Below, in pieces: positions 30,001 to 41,984 of a stretch of 64,000 bases of DNA (its first letter is position 1; every line of letters begins with the position of its first letter). Position numbers and translations under genes: made by a program. The notes beneath the pieces are model-generated. The model did no database searches. It worked only from the letters and a program-made list of their open reading frames with translations, and had not been told where the DNA came from. The stretch is from Euprymna scolopes. Taxonomy: Eukaryota. The DNA is taken from the NCBI GenBank assembly GCA_053919585.1, contig CM132827.1, one strand, 5' to 3'.

Positions 30001-32830
30001 CAAGCTTAACTTTGTCTAAAAAAATTGGTGACACACAGACAAAGAATCAAAGTAAAATTACATTCAAGCTTAACTTTGTCTAAAAAAATTGGGTGACACA
30101 CAGACAAAGAATCAAAGTAAAACTACATTCAAGCTTAACTTTGTCTAAAAAAATTGGGTGACACACAGACAAAGAATCAAAGTAAAATTACATTCAAGCT
30201 TAACTTTGTCTAAAAAAATTGGGTGACACACAGACAAAGAATCAAAGTAAAACTACATTCAAGCTTAACTTTGTCTAAAAAAATTGGGTGACACACAGAC
30301 AAAGAATCAAAGTAAAATTACATTCAAGCTTAACTTTGTCTAAAAAAATTGGGTGACACACAGACAAAGAATCAAAGTAAAACTACATTCAAGCTTAACT
30401 TTGTCTAAAAAAATTGGGTGACACACAGACAAAGAATCAAAGTAAAATTACATTCAAGCTTAACTTTGTCTAAAAAAATTGGGTGACACACAGACAAAGA
30501 ATCAAAGTAAAACTACATTCAAGCTTAACTTTGTCTAAAAAAATTGGGTGACACACAGACAAAGAATCAAAGTAAAACTACATTCAAGCTTAACTTTGTC
30601 TAAAAAAATTGGGTGACACACAGACAAAGAATCAAAGTAAAATTACATTCAAGCTTAACTTTGTCTAAGAAAATTGGGTGACACACAGACAAAGAATCAA
30701 AGTAAAATTACATTCAAGCTTAACTTTGTCTAAAAAAATTGGGTGACACACAGACAAAGAATCAAAGTAAAATTACATTCAAGCTTAACTTTGTCTAAAA
30801 AAATTGGGTGACACACAGACAAAGAATCAAAGTAAAATTACATTCAAGCTTAACTTTGTCTAAAAAAATTGGGTGACACACAGACAAAGAATCAAAGTAA
30901 AATTACATTCAAGCTTAACTTTGTCTAAAAAAATTGGGTGACACACAGACAAAGAATCAAAGTAAAATTACATTCAAGCTTAACTTTGTCTAAAAAAATT
31001 GGGTGACACACAGACAAAGAAAGTAAAATTACATTCAAGCTTAACTTTGTCTAAAAAAATTGGGTGACACACAGACAAAGAATCAAAGTAAAATTACATT
31101 CAAGCTTAACTTTGTCTAAAAAAATTGGGTGACACACAGACAAAGAAAGTAAAATTACATTCAAGCTTAACTTTGTCTAAAAAAATTGGGTGACACACAG
31201 ACAAAGAAAGTAAAATTACATTCAAGCTTAACTTTGTCTAAAAAAATTGGGTGACACACAGACAAAGAATCAAAGTAAAATTACATTCAAGCTTAACTTT
31301 GTCTAAAAAATTGGGTGACACACAGACAAAGAATCAAAGTAAAATTACATTCAAGCTTAACTTTGTCTAAAAAAATTGGGTGACACACAGACAAAGAATC
31401 AAAGTAAAATTACATTCAAGCTTAACTTTGTCTAAAAAAATTGGGTGACACACAGACAAAGAATCAAAGTAAAATTACATTCAAGCTTAACTTTGTCTAA
31501 AAAAATTGGGTGACACACAGACAAAGAATCAAAGTAAAATTACATTCAAGCTTAACTTTGTCTAAAAAAATTGGGTGACACACAGACAAAGAATCAAAGT
31601 AAAATTACATTCAAGCTTAACTTTGTCTAAAAAAATTGGGTGACACACAGACAAAGAAAGTAAAATTACATTCAAGCTTAACTTTGTCTAAAAAAATTGG
31701 GTGACACACAGACAAAGAATCAAAGTAAAATTACATTCAAGCTTAACTTTGTCTAAAAAAATTGGGTGACACACAGACAAAGAAAGTAAAATTACATTCA
31801 AGCTTAACTTTGTCTAAAAAAATTGGGTGACACACAGACAAAGAATCAAAGTAAAATTACATTCAAGCTTAACTTTGTCTAAAAAAATTGGGTGACACAC
31901 AGACAAAGAATCAAAGTAAAATTACATTCAAGCTTAACTTTGTCTAAAAAAATTGGGTGACACACAGACAAAGAATCAAAGTAAAATTACATTCAAGCTT
32001 AACTTTGTCTAAAAAAATTGGGTGACACACAGACAAAGAAAGTAAAATTACATTCAAGCTTAACTTTGTCTAAAAACATTGGGTGACACACAGACAAAGA
32101 ATCAAAGTAAAATTACATTCAAGCTTAACTTTGTCTAAAAAAAATTGGGTGACACACAGACAAAGAATCAAAGTAAAATTACATTCAAGCTTAACTTTGT
32201 CTAAAAAAAATTGGGTGACACACAGACAAAGAAAGTAAAATTACATTCAAGCTTAACTTTGTCTAAAAAACATTGGGTGACACACAGACAAAGAATCAAA
32301 GTAAAATTACATTCAAGCTTAACTTTGTCTAAGAAAATTGGGTGACACACAGACAAAGAATCAAAGTAAAATTACATTCAAGCTTAACTTTGTCTAAAAA
32401 AATTGGGTGACACACAGACAAAGAATCAAAGTAAAATTACATTCAAGCTTAACTTTGTCTAAAAAAAATTGGGTGACACACAGACAAAGAAAGTAAAATT
32501 ACATTCAAGCTTAACTTTGTCTAAAAAACATTGGGTGACACACAGACAAAGAATCAAAGTAAAATTACATTCAAGCTTAACTTTGTCTAAAAAACATTGG
32601 GTGACACACAGACAAAGAATCAAAGTAAAATTACATTCAAGCTTAACTTTGTCTAAAAAAAATTGGGTGACACACAGACAAAGAATCAAAGTAAAATTAC
32701 ATTCAAGCTTAACTTTGTCTAAAAAACATTGGGTGACACACAGACAAAGAATCAAAGTAAAATTACATTCAAGCTTAACTTTGTCTAAAAAAAATTGGGT
32801 GACACACAGACAAAGAATCAAAGTAAAATT
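1..32830. repeat. Satellite DNA array, 65-bp monomer (about 500 copies), continuing off the left edge of the window
   Basis: Head-to-tail consensus TAAAATTACATTCAAGCTTAACTTTGTCTAAAAAAATTGGGTGACACACAGACAAAGAATCAAAG with one HindIII site (AAGCTT) per unit. Recurrent variants: 61-bp unit lacking TCAA, AAAACTAC, A6/A8 tracts, TAAGAAAATT, AAAACATT. Ends abruptly at ...AAGTAAAATT|CAGCTG. Confidence 0.99.
20135..20234. other. Assembly gap (100 N) inside the satellite
   Basis: Run of exactly 100 N, the usual placeholder for a gap of unknown size, so true array length is unknown. Confidence 0.99.
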
Positions 32831-34304
32831 CAGCTGAGATTCCGTTTCTACATCATTTGCATGCCCCGTTCACTTCCAATGATAAAAAAAAAATGTTCTC
32901 TTGCTCAAAAAATTTGACATCCTCTCCTTTCATCATATTGTTCAACACCTGCTTTGCATGTTTGAGCTGTTAATCCTACCATGTCCCCTATCTTCAGTTT
33001 TACCTTGAGAACCGCACATTTTACAAATCTGGCTTATCTTGACATGTACTAATGTGACCCCCATTAAAGTTGACACTAGCTAACATAATCGTCACTTACT
33101 GGTCATAAATATATAACACATAGACAAATGTGTATTTGTTATTGAGTAAAAAATCTTTTCACATAATGAATTTGAGAATGCTTTTGTTGTCATAAGATAT
33201 CTTAAGTGATTTTTTTGCCAAATGTCGTCTTTATTCTTTTTTCTTATTAATGATATTTTTTGTGTCTATATTGTCTTCCAATGTTCTCACAATGTATTAA
33301 AGCAAAATCGGTTTGACTAGTGTTGCTACTGACATAAATACATCAGATGAAAAATGGCAAAAGATCCTACATTCTGTTTACCTGTACAATTACCATCAAC
33401 CGGTGATACACTTTCATTCTGTGTGTGTGTTTATGTTCTTCCTGATTTCTTTGAAGATATATCGTCAGCCCGCCATAAAAGAATCGAAAATGAAAGAAGA
33501 GAAAAGAGTAATAAATAAAGAACATAATCCTCCAATCCACCAAAAAACTATATTATTACTGAAAACATTTACTTTTAAAAAAATTTAATCATTGAAAACG
33601 AAACAATATTATTACTGAAACCTTTTACATTAAAAAATGTTTAATGATTGAAATGTTTTTAAGAATGATTTTGCAAGAAAATTGATTTTATGCCTTTAAA
33701 TCTCAGGAATAAATTCATTTTTTAAAGCGTTAACTGCTCTTAAATGCTAGATGGTCCAATTATAGGATATTATTTTACAATTAATTTATATTCGAAACTG
33801 ATCCCCCACTGTACATTCTAAAATATATTTTATAGTAATATTGAATTAACAGTAACCATGAGTTGACCGTTTTTTATTGTATGAAACGACTTGAAACAAT
33901 ATTTTAAGTTTGTTTATTTGTTCTTTCTCAGGCTTTCAATAACTTTTCTGATTACAAATAGAATCAGAAAAGTCTAAAAGAAAAAATCAGCTGTTACACT
34001 AGCCCAGCCTGGCTCGGTTCTATGAGGTGCACACTCAACTCATTATCTATTCATTCAATTGCCTGATGCACTCTTATTGAGCTATGTTAATGAGCCTACT
34101 CTTGGTTATTTTCGTGCACTCCCAGAGTGCTGCCTTACTTGAAATGGATCATTAAACTATCAAGGTCTAAACATGATGCACTGAAAAGCATGTAAATACT
34201 GGTTCTTGCCACATGGTCTGTCATATATTCACTAAGTAACCTATTTCATTACTCCAGGAAAGCATGTTATTACCAAATCGACTACTCTACACTTAGTTCA
34301 CCCA

Positions 34305-34586
34305 TGTGGGGAAAATAGAAACGGACATACAAATGACTGACCTGTGAAGCACCCACGTGTCTGCCTGTCATGTGTGTTGGACAGGAAAAAGAGAAACCAA
34401 GATGGCGTCTGCAATATTTAACAGAAGCAGTTTCATAATCTCGAGAGGTCATGCGAGATTCATGTGGGTGAATGTAATATAAAGCAGGTCGCTTGGGGGA
34501 GTTTTCGCTGTACAGACAGTAAGCAGGTAACGTTACAAGACGGTTAATCAGTGCATTGGAACGAGTGAAGGAAGTCCCATCCAACA
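34305..34586 (+). repeat. 5' LTR of the Gypsy element
   Basis: Aligns end to end with 36337-36629 (roughly 85-90% by eye). TG...CA termini and a TATA-like AATATAAAG. Confidence 0.92.
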
Positions 34587-36080
34587 TCTCTCGGAGCATT
34601 TTTTCTGTTTGTGGAAAGCTGGTGGAACACATCCCTAGGTGTGGTTGGCTCAGGGTGGCAGTGGCGGTCATAAAACATCGTGCCACAAATGTATCATTGG
34701 GATGGGACGATAAAGTGCATGATGCCATGCTCCTTGTGACGACCCTGTGCAAGGAAACTGGTGCATTAACGGGAACGAGGTCAAGGTCTGGGTGGACACT
34801 AGTTCACTAGCCCTTGGAGTGGCCCTTGCGGTTGATGATGGCATTATCGAAGGTGCTTGTTGGCTTTGTCCAGAGAAGGATTCTAGGCACATAAACCTGG
34901 ACGAACTTGATGCCACATTAAAAGGAGTTACCCTGATGCTTCAGTGGCAAGCCAGGGTACTACATATTATCACAAACTTTGCATGTACTCATCGGTGGAT
35001 AACCAATGCATTGACTGAAAGAGCATGGCTAACCACATGTGCAGTGTGTGAGATATTGATACAAAGGCAGCTCGGCACCCTGATTAATACAATCAAAGGG
35101 TACAACCTGACCATAGATGTAACATTTATCAGGTCTGCAAGCAACAGAGCAAATGCGATGACTACAACAATGGTGTCTGCTTGCTGATAACTAGAGAGGT
35201 TCTGAAGTGCTGCAACAGCCGTGTGCAGCCATCGCATGTAATATGGATGCAGATTGTATCAGATTCATCGGCAGTGTGGATACCCAGGGGTTAAGCGGAT
35301 ACTATATTTTGCCAAGATAGTTGACCCAGAAGTAAGAAAGCCAGATGTCAAGATAGCAGTGGAATGTTGCTAGGCATGTCAATCGATCGACCCAACTCAG
35401 ATACAATGGAAAAAAGGGCGATTGGGAGTGAGCTGCATGTAGCAGAGAGTGGACATGGATATCACACATTACATGGATATCACACATTACAGTGGCAATC
35501 ATTTCCTCACCCTCATCGATTGTGGACCTATGTGCTTCGCGGTCTGGAGACTACTTGGGTGCCAGGACTCCTCCTACATTATTCGCTAGCTGTCATCTGG
35601 TCTTTGAAAGAGGCATGCCCGAAGAGGTGCTGATGGACAATAACCCAGCCTTCTGCAGCTGGCAGGTCAGGCAGTTCCTGAAGGAGTGGGGAGTGTGGCT
35701 GCGACTGCGATGTGCTTATGTGTGATCTGACAAGTGTATTACTGAGAGGAGCCATCGCAGCATGAAAAGAATTGCAGCCAGGAAGCAGTGCACCGTCTCA
35801 GAAGTCGTATATTGATGTAACATCATGCTGAAGGATGGCGTCTCTCCAGGAATGCAATCTACCAATACGGAGTCCAAGAAAAGAGAATCTACACCAATAG
35901 AGAAGTTGCCAACAAGAAAGGATGGGGGTCATATGCACCAGGGGATGCAGTCTGGGTGAAGCCGCTGAGAAGCCAGTGCACTGACAGATATAAATGGGGC
36001 CGAGTGACCGATGTGGTGAGTCAGCAGTCAGTCATGGTTGATGGTGTGCCCCATCATGTTAGGGACCTGAGGCCGGTGAC
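34587..36080 (+). pseudogene. Degenerate Gypsy pol 3' half (RT-RNase H connection, RNase H, integrase)
   Basis: SIFSVCGKLVEHIPRCGWLRVA...WDD (connection); VWVDTSSLALGVAL...HINLDELDA...SASNRANAMT (RNase H); GYPGVKRT...CQSIDP, MDITHY...FLTLIDCG and FERGMPEEVLMDNNPAF (integrase); WVKP...WGRVTDVVS. Several stops and frameshifts. Confidence 0.85.
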
Positions 36081-36336
36081 ACAGTTGCAACCACCACTGG
36101 ACAATGGGAGCGACTCTGGGTTTGAGGCCAGTGGGTCATCGCTCTGGTTTGCAGCATCCTCATCTTCATCAAGCAGCGAATTAGTAGCCTCTCAGGGGAG
36201 GATATGTTCTTCGACCCTCACACTGTGGATGAGAGCGCAGTGAACAAGAGTCCTGCACAGTCCCTCTTCAAAGAAGCACCCAACAGTAGAGAGCACTATC
36301 TCCCTTCCATCTCTGTAACCATGAGATCAGGGAAGA

Positions 36337-36629
36337 TGTGGGGAAAATAGAAATGGACATACAAACGACCAACCTGTGAAGCAGCCACGTGTCTGCCTGT
36401 CATGCACGTTAGACAGGAAAAAGAGAAACCAAGATGGCATCTACGATATTTAACAGAAACAGTCTCATGTGATCTTGTGAGTTCACGCGAGATTCACGTG
36501 GCTGAAGGCAATATAAAGCAGGTCACTTGGAGGAGTGGGGGAGTTATCGCTGTACAGACAGTAAACAGATAACGTTACAAGACGGTTACTCCATGCATTG
36601 GAACGAGTGAAGGAGGTTCCATTTCTACA
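36337..36629 (+). repeat. 3' LTR of the Gypsy element
   Basis: Preceded by the purine tract, followed by TSD ACCCA, and matches the 5' LTR. Confidence 0.92.
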
Positions 36630-36991
36630 ACCCAGCAATCACCAAACAATGATGAAGCATCTACAACCAAAGAACAATAAAGCTGATTCAAAAACCTTGC
36701 TGTTGTAAATGTATGACCAGAATATTGACGACCTTAACTGAAGGGAGCAGATCTACTGATCTGCTGCTGAAGCCAAACTGACATCTATCTTTGATGCTTG
36801 TTTATGCCCTATAAAAAGTCCATTTTTAATTGTACATGAAGCACATAATGAAAAACAACGGCTCTTTTAAAACAAAACAATAAACGGTTTATTTGTATGG
36901 CAGATTGTTAGTCTATGTCAGAGTGCACAAATGAAAAATAGAAAGTTATTTGGGTATGTCGTCCATTGTGGTTGTCCAGCAATCTTCAGTG

Positions 36992-37164
36992 TGTTGTCAT
37001 AGTTATGTCCCTTGTTTATACAAGTGACATTAGTAGTAGGAAGTAGAGAAGAGTTATTGTCCTTAGTATTTATTGCTGTTCTTATAATGGCGTTTCATAA
37101 ATAAAGTATTGTTTTATCCACTCATTATCGCAATCATCTTATCATCTAACCCCATAATGTAACA
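36992..37164 (+). repeat. LTR of a second, older Gypsy family, followed by a PBS-like TGG
   Basis: TGTTGTCATAGTTATGTCCCTT...GTAACA followed immediately by TGGCAG. Similar to 41128-41293 (shared TAGTTATGTCCCTT, AGTTATTG, CGTTTCAT). Confidence 0.7.
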
Positions 37165-39589
37165 TGGCAGAAACAAGATTATAAAGACGCATTTTTAACA
37201 AAAATGAAATGAATTGGAATAATGAGTCAGCCAGGATTTTTTTTTTTTTTTCTCCATGAGGATTTTAAAAAAGAGTGGACCGCATGCATCATCGCTGGTA
37301 AATATTAAGGTAAGATCATTATCGTATAAACTAAAACAATTAAAATTCAGCATGACAACTTTATCGGCATGTTGTTAAGGCATGTTGTTACAGCATGATG
37401 GGCTGGGCTCTCCACTGTTTAATTTATTCACATAAAAGCTTATATAACTAGCTTCTGGACTATTACTGTATCTCTACACGTGAGGCATAACATGTTCTTG
37501 TGCATTCCGCTCCAAGTACAAAGTTATTTGTGTGTATGTGTGTGTGTGTGAAAGAAAATGTGTGCGTAGTTGGAATGTTCTTTATACAGTCGTGCGTGCG
37601 CACGTGCAACTGTGTTTTACAGTTGGAGAGCAGATACGCACTGCATTAGGTGTATCAGAATTTTTTGGGAATTTTTGACACCCATAACACGAAACTGCAA
37701 ATAAAATATAAAAGGACTCGTAATTTCTCTTTTAAAAGTGGGTTGTTTATTTTCTTTATGGAATATAGTTCCAAAAAATTGTTTAAAAAAATAATATTTC
37801 TATTATTTTTTTATTTTCTAAAAAGCAGTGTTTACAAAGTGCCTTCATGCAGCCATTTTTTTACGTAATGAAATCAATTAAGAGTTAATTTTGTTCAATT
37901 TTTAAACTTTAAAAATCTATCACAATTTTTCTATTGGTTAAATTTTTACGATATTTTCAGGGTCAATGTGAAATTTTATGCTCTTTCCAATAAACCGAAC
38001 ATACTATTTTGTACAAACGTATTTTTTAAAATTCACCCCCCATTTTGAAATGTCTATTAAAATTTTAATAAATTATTTACTCACGAAAGTTTTATGTATC
38101 AAAAATTGAAGATAAAAGATCAATAAATAATATATTGTAAATTAAAACACACAAAAAAGAAGTGTTTTTTTTTAAATTTACCTGTAAAGTTGAAAGTGTA
38201 AAACCCCTTTTTTTTTAACCACGTTGTTTTTTTTTAATTGTTTATATTGTCCAGTTAATAATGGACGCTGACGACAATTTTTTATATTTCATTCAATGTT
38301 TTCTTTTTTTAGATATTAAAAAAAAAATTTCACTCGATAAAGAAGAATGAAAATATAATAAATAAAAAATTTATGTATTTTTTTAAGAAAAGAAAAAAAA
38401 TTCCTTGGCTGTTTTTTTTTTTAAGGCAAAAACTTATAAGTAAAATTTTAAACTATGGGAACACATATTTCTTCAGGCAAAATGCTAGATGGCTAACGTG
38501 AACGTGTGGTTTTTATTCGCTTCTGTTCTAAACAAGAACAAACTTCTACTTCCGGTTTTTCGATAAAGGTGTAAAAATACTTGCGTAATCACGCTTTTTT
38601 CAAATAGTGGTTTAAAAAATTATTTTATTTAAAAAATAAATGAAATTTAAAATATAAATATGGATAAATTCTGAACAATGAAGAATGGAATTCAATAGTA
38701 ATTTTTATAGGTAAGTGATGTTTTGGAATTTATATCGATTTTTTATAACCGAAGTAAGTAAAATTTCGTTGATTTTACTTTAAAGTAAATCGATTTAAAA
38801 AAACAAACAAACAAATATTGCATACTTTGCTATTAAACCTGCTTTTTTTTATTTTGGTCTTTGCTCCCTTAATTGAAAAAAAATAGGGTTTGAATTACAT
38901 TTTTCAAGTAGTTATAAGGTTTTAAAGATAGGAGGTCGAATCATTCAATTCTTTGCACGCATTCTTAAGATCGGTTTCTGACACTGCTAGCGCTGCATGC
39001 CGCCATTATTCTGGTTAAGTAACCCTAACCATTGTTTGCCAGGGCGACAGCGACGTTACGATAAAGCTTATATTGAAGGTCCCATGCATGACGTTGACGA
39101 TGACATCAAGCTTAAGTATATTTTGTTATTTGCCAGCGTCGAGGGACAAGAAATAAGTGGCACATTTGTGTTTCAGCATGAAGAAAGGGTCGTCAAAACG
39201 CGTTATATACTTTAGACAGTATGCAAAGCCAACGTCAAACTTTCGTGTGGCATGACAGGAATTTCTGCAGTGCAAACAAAATTCAGATGAATCAGCACTG
39301 GCATTCTTGAAACTGCTTCACCAAACAATGTGAATACAATTAAATCGTGGGAGATAAGCTTGGATCTCTTCCCAATCGGCATTTATCTAAAGTCAGCAAA
39401 AAGCAAAAGCCACACAGAAAGTCAAACAGAGGAGGCGACTTTTAAGCAAGTATATGTATATATATGCACCACAGAAGAAGAGAGCAGTACACATGCAATT
39501 GAGGCAAAGAATAAAAAAATAGTAAACAGTGTGAATGTTGTGGTAAAGAAAATAAGGCAATTGTGGGAAATAAACTTCAAATTCAACTC

Positions 39590-39965
39590 ACAGAAATTTG
39601 AAATACCCTTTACGGTTATATCATCTCGAAACATTGGAACAGAATCTAAGAAAGTAAAGGAGATTATACAAATGCAACAACCCGAGGATAGAAAACAGCT
39701 CATTAGCTTACTAGGAGTGGGTAATTACCTAAACAAATTCTCACTGTGACTTGCAACCTTGACTAAAACCCTTCGTAACTTGATATTTAAAAAACTGATT
39801 TCATGTGATCATCCCAGCAAAAGAATGTATTTGAGGAAATTAAAAAAGAGATCGGAAGAAATGCTACACTCTCATATTTCGCCCCAAAGAAATTTATGGT
39901 GTTACAAGTAAATGCCTCAATCACAGGTACATGTGCAGCTTTGCTATAAAAAAAAGGGCCTGTCA
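39590..39965 (+). pseudogene. Gypsy RT thumb / RNase H start remnant
   Basis: KKVKEIIQMQQPEDRKQLISLLGVGNYLNKFS*LATLTKTLRNL...QQKNVFEEIKKEI...LSYFAPKKFMVLQVNASITGTCAALL matches the Gypsy P...L..FLG..NY...F / L.VDAS..G.GA.L pattern. Confidence 0.8.
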
Positions 39966-40539
39966 GTTGAGTGTGCAAGGAGACAAGTAAGAGGTCTTGG
40001 TTAGAAATAACCAATCTGTTTACAAAGAATTAAACTATAAATGTCCACCGCTTACTTAGCGGAGAGATAGAAAAGGGAAAAAATGAAAAGTCCATTACGG
40101 TTGTAAGTCTGTATCCACGTGGAGGAATTAATTGTCATGGCGCGTGCGTGTTTAACGCCCAAATGCAAACGAGTCGATGTTGATGTTTACGCCATGGTGT
40201 TCAAAGGTCGATCTTTGTTGTGGGCGAAAAATGCCCTTTTTATACTTGTCCGACCGGCTCCAGGGAGGCATTCAGAAAAAAAAATTTTTAATTTGTTTTT
40301 CTTGTAATCCGATTGGATGAAAAGAATAACAGTCTTATGACATAAGATGTTTTAAATGACGTCCGCACGAACAACTGAAATTTTGTTTAAGAACCACCGA
40401 ATTTGTGTGGGTGGGGAAAGGAAAATGTACGCGCAGCTGAAACGATGTTTATACATCCACGCGCGCAACTGGGTTTTACTGTTGAGGCAGCGCACCATTA
40501 TTTTGTTTTGGAGTAGATTCGACGCGTGTGCGTTGGGGC

Positions 40540-41293
40540 TATGACACAACTTTCCAGCAGAATTGCCCAATGGCCAACAAATACAGATACCATTGTATCC
40601 AAACAGCAACTGTATTACAGCAATATAAAGGCAAATCAAAGAACTGTTATGACAAGCAGCTTAACAGACAACACCCATCTCTACACGTGGACAGAAAATC
40701 TATGCATGAGAAAACGAAGCTAAAGGAGCCTGGAATCATGCAGCTACATGTTACATGTTGCGATACTAAAACCATACTTTGTTGTGTGAAAGTAGTAACA
40801 TCTGTTAAACAATGTTCCAACACCACACACACTCCAGAACATGTCATCACCAGACCTTAGCCAAAGGAGGAGGTCTAAGAACCATGCATCAACTACATGG
40901 ATAAAGCAGCCAACCAGAGAATCATACATCAGTGAATCCTGTAGACTTATTTCTAAGATAAGAAGATACTGAAGATGTATAAATGCCACACAGAAACTTA
41001 ATCTATAAAGGTCACTACACCCTTAGACAAATAAACTCTATACTCTACCATAAACAAAAATAAATAAAAATAAAATAAAATGTTGTGACGTAATAACATG
41101 AGTTCACTCTCAATCGAAAAAGGGAGATGTTGTGGTAGTTATGTCCCTTTGTTATAAATCTGAAGTTGAGAAAAGTTATTGCTCTTAGTTTTTATTGATT
41201 ATCTTGTAATGACGTTTCATGGATAAATCTGATTTTGTTGACTAAGTCACTATTTTTATACGATTCTATTTTTATATCCGGTAGGATGCCACA
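40540..41293 (+). mobile_element. Gypsy 3' end: integrase C-terminus, PPT and 3' LTR
   Basis: QQYKGKSKNCYDKQLNRQHPSL resembles the integrase C-terminal QK.YYD...LP.L motif. PPT GAAAAAGGGAGA (41116-41127) is directly followed by LTR TGTTGTGGTAGTTATGTCCC...GCCACA (41128-41293). Confidence 0.72.
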
Positions 41294-41382
41294 TCCCAGC
41301 AAAAACAAAATGATAAGGAAATTGAAAGAAAAATGAAAGAAAATTAAATACATAAAAATTAAAAATATGGATGCTACTCTCT

Positions 41383-41984
41383 GGTTTGTTTTATGCCCAT
41401 GGATTCGAAAAAGTTGTAAAAAAAACAAACAAATATATAACAAATAAATGTTATCAAAGGCAAGATAAGTTACTTTTCTTCCTAACTGGTTAATTTTTAG
41501 TGTTTTTATTTAATGTAACATGTTTATTCAGCTCGAAAAATATAGTGTTTACCGATGTATTGGAAAATTAAAAATGGCGCTGGACTCTTTGTTAAACACG
41601 GTAAGTTTGTGAAAATGAGTTAAAAATAAAGAACTATACAAAATACTGTTAAAACCCCACCGTATATATGTCAACCTATGTCACGGTAACATATTGAGCG
41701 AATTTCTAACAGTATTTTGTCTAGTTTTTTTAATTTTTAACTCATTTTCACAAACTTACCATGTTCAGCAAAAGGTCCAGCGCCATTTTTAATGTTCCAA
41801 TACCTTGGTTAACATTGTATGATTTTCCAGCTGAATAAACATGTTACATTAAATAAAACACTAAAAAATTTTCCAATTAGGTAGAAAAGTAACTTATCTT
41901 GCCTTTGATAACATTTTTTTGTTATATATTTGTTTTTTGTTTTTTTACAACTTTTTCGAATCTATGTCTATAGTAATACAAACC
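41383..41984. mobile_element. Foldback MITE with about 280-bp terminal inverted repeats, probably Mutator (MULE)-derived
   Basis: About 41383-41665 is the reverse complement of about 41695-41984 (e.g. TGTTATCAAAGGCAAGATAAGTTACTTTTCT / AGAAAAGTAACTTATCTTGCCTTTGATAACA). GG...CC termini. Flanking direct repeat GCTACTCTCT (41373-41382) / ATTACTCTCT (41985-41994). Confidence 0.88.

Larger units (their letters stand above)
34305..36629 (+). mobile_element. Internally deleted Ty3/Gypsy LTR retrotransposon with both LTRs and a 5-bp TSD
   Basis: LTRs at 34305-34586 and 36337-36629, both starting TGTGGGGAAAATAGAAA and ending CA. TSD ACCCA at 34300-34304 and 36630-36634. Purine tract AGGGAAGA just before the 3' LTR. 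The interior encodes decayed RNase H and integrase. Confidence 0.93.

Noticed and set aside
1-32830. CRISPR-like array (short repeat with internal palindrome)
   Set aside because: Units are contiguous and near-identical with no unique spacers. There are no cas genes and the context is eukaryotic.
33549-33655. Degenerate tandem duplication of about 57 bp; similar small duplications near 54140-54410 and 62490-62545
   Set aside because: Two-copy local duplications with no further structure, ordinary in such DNA.
39020-39030. Telomere-like TAACCCTAACC
   Set aside because: Fewer than two full units, not distinguishable from chance.
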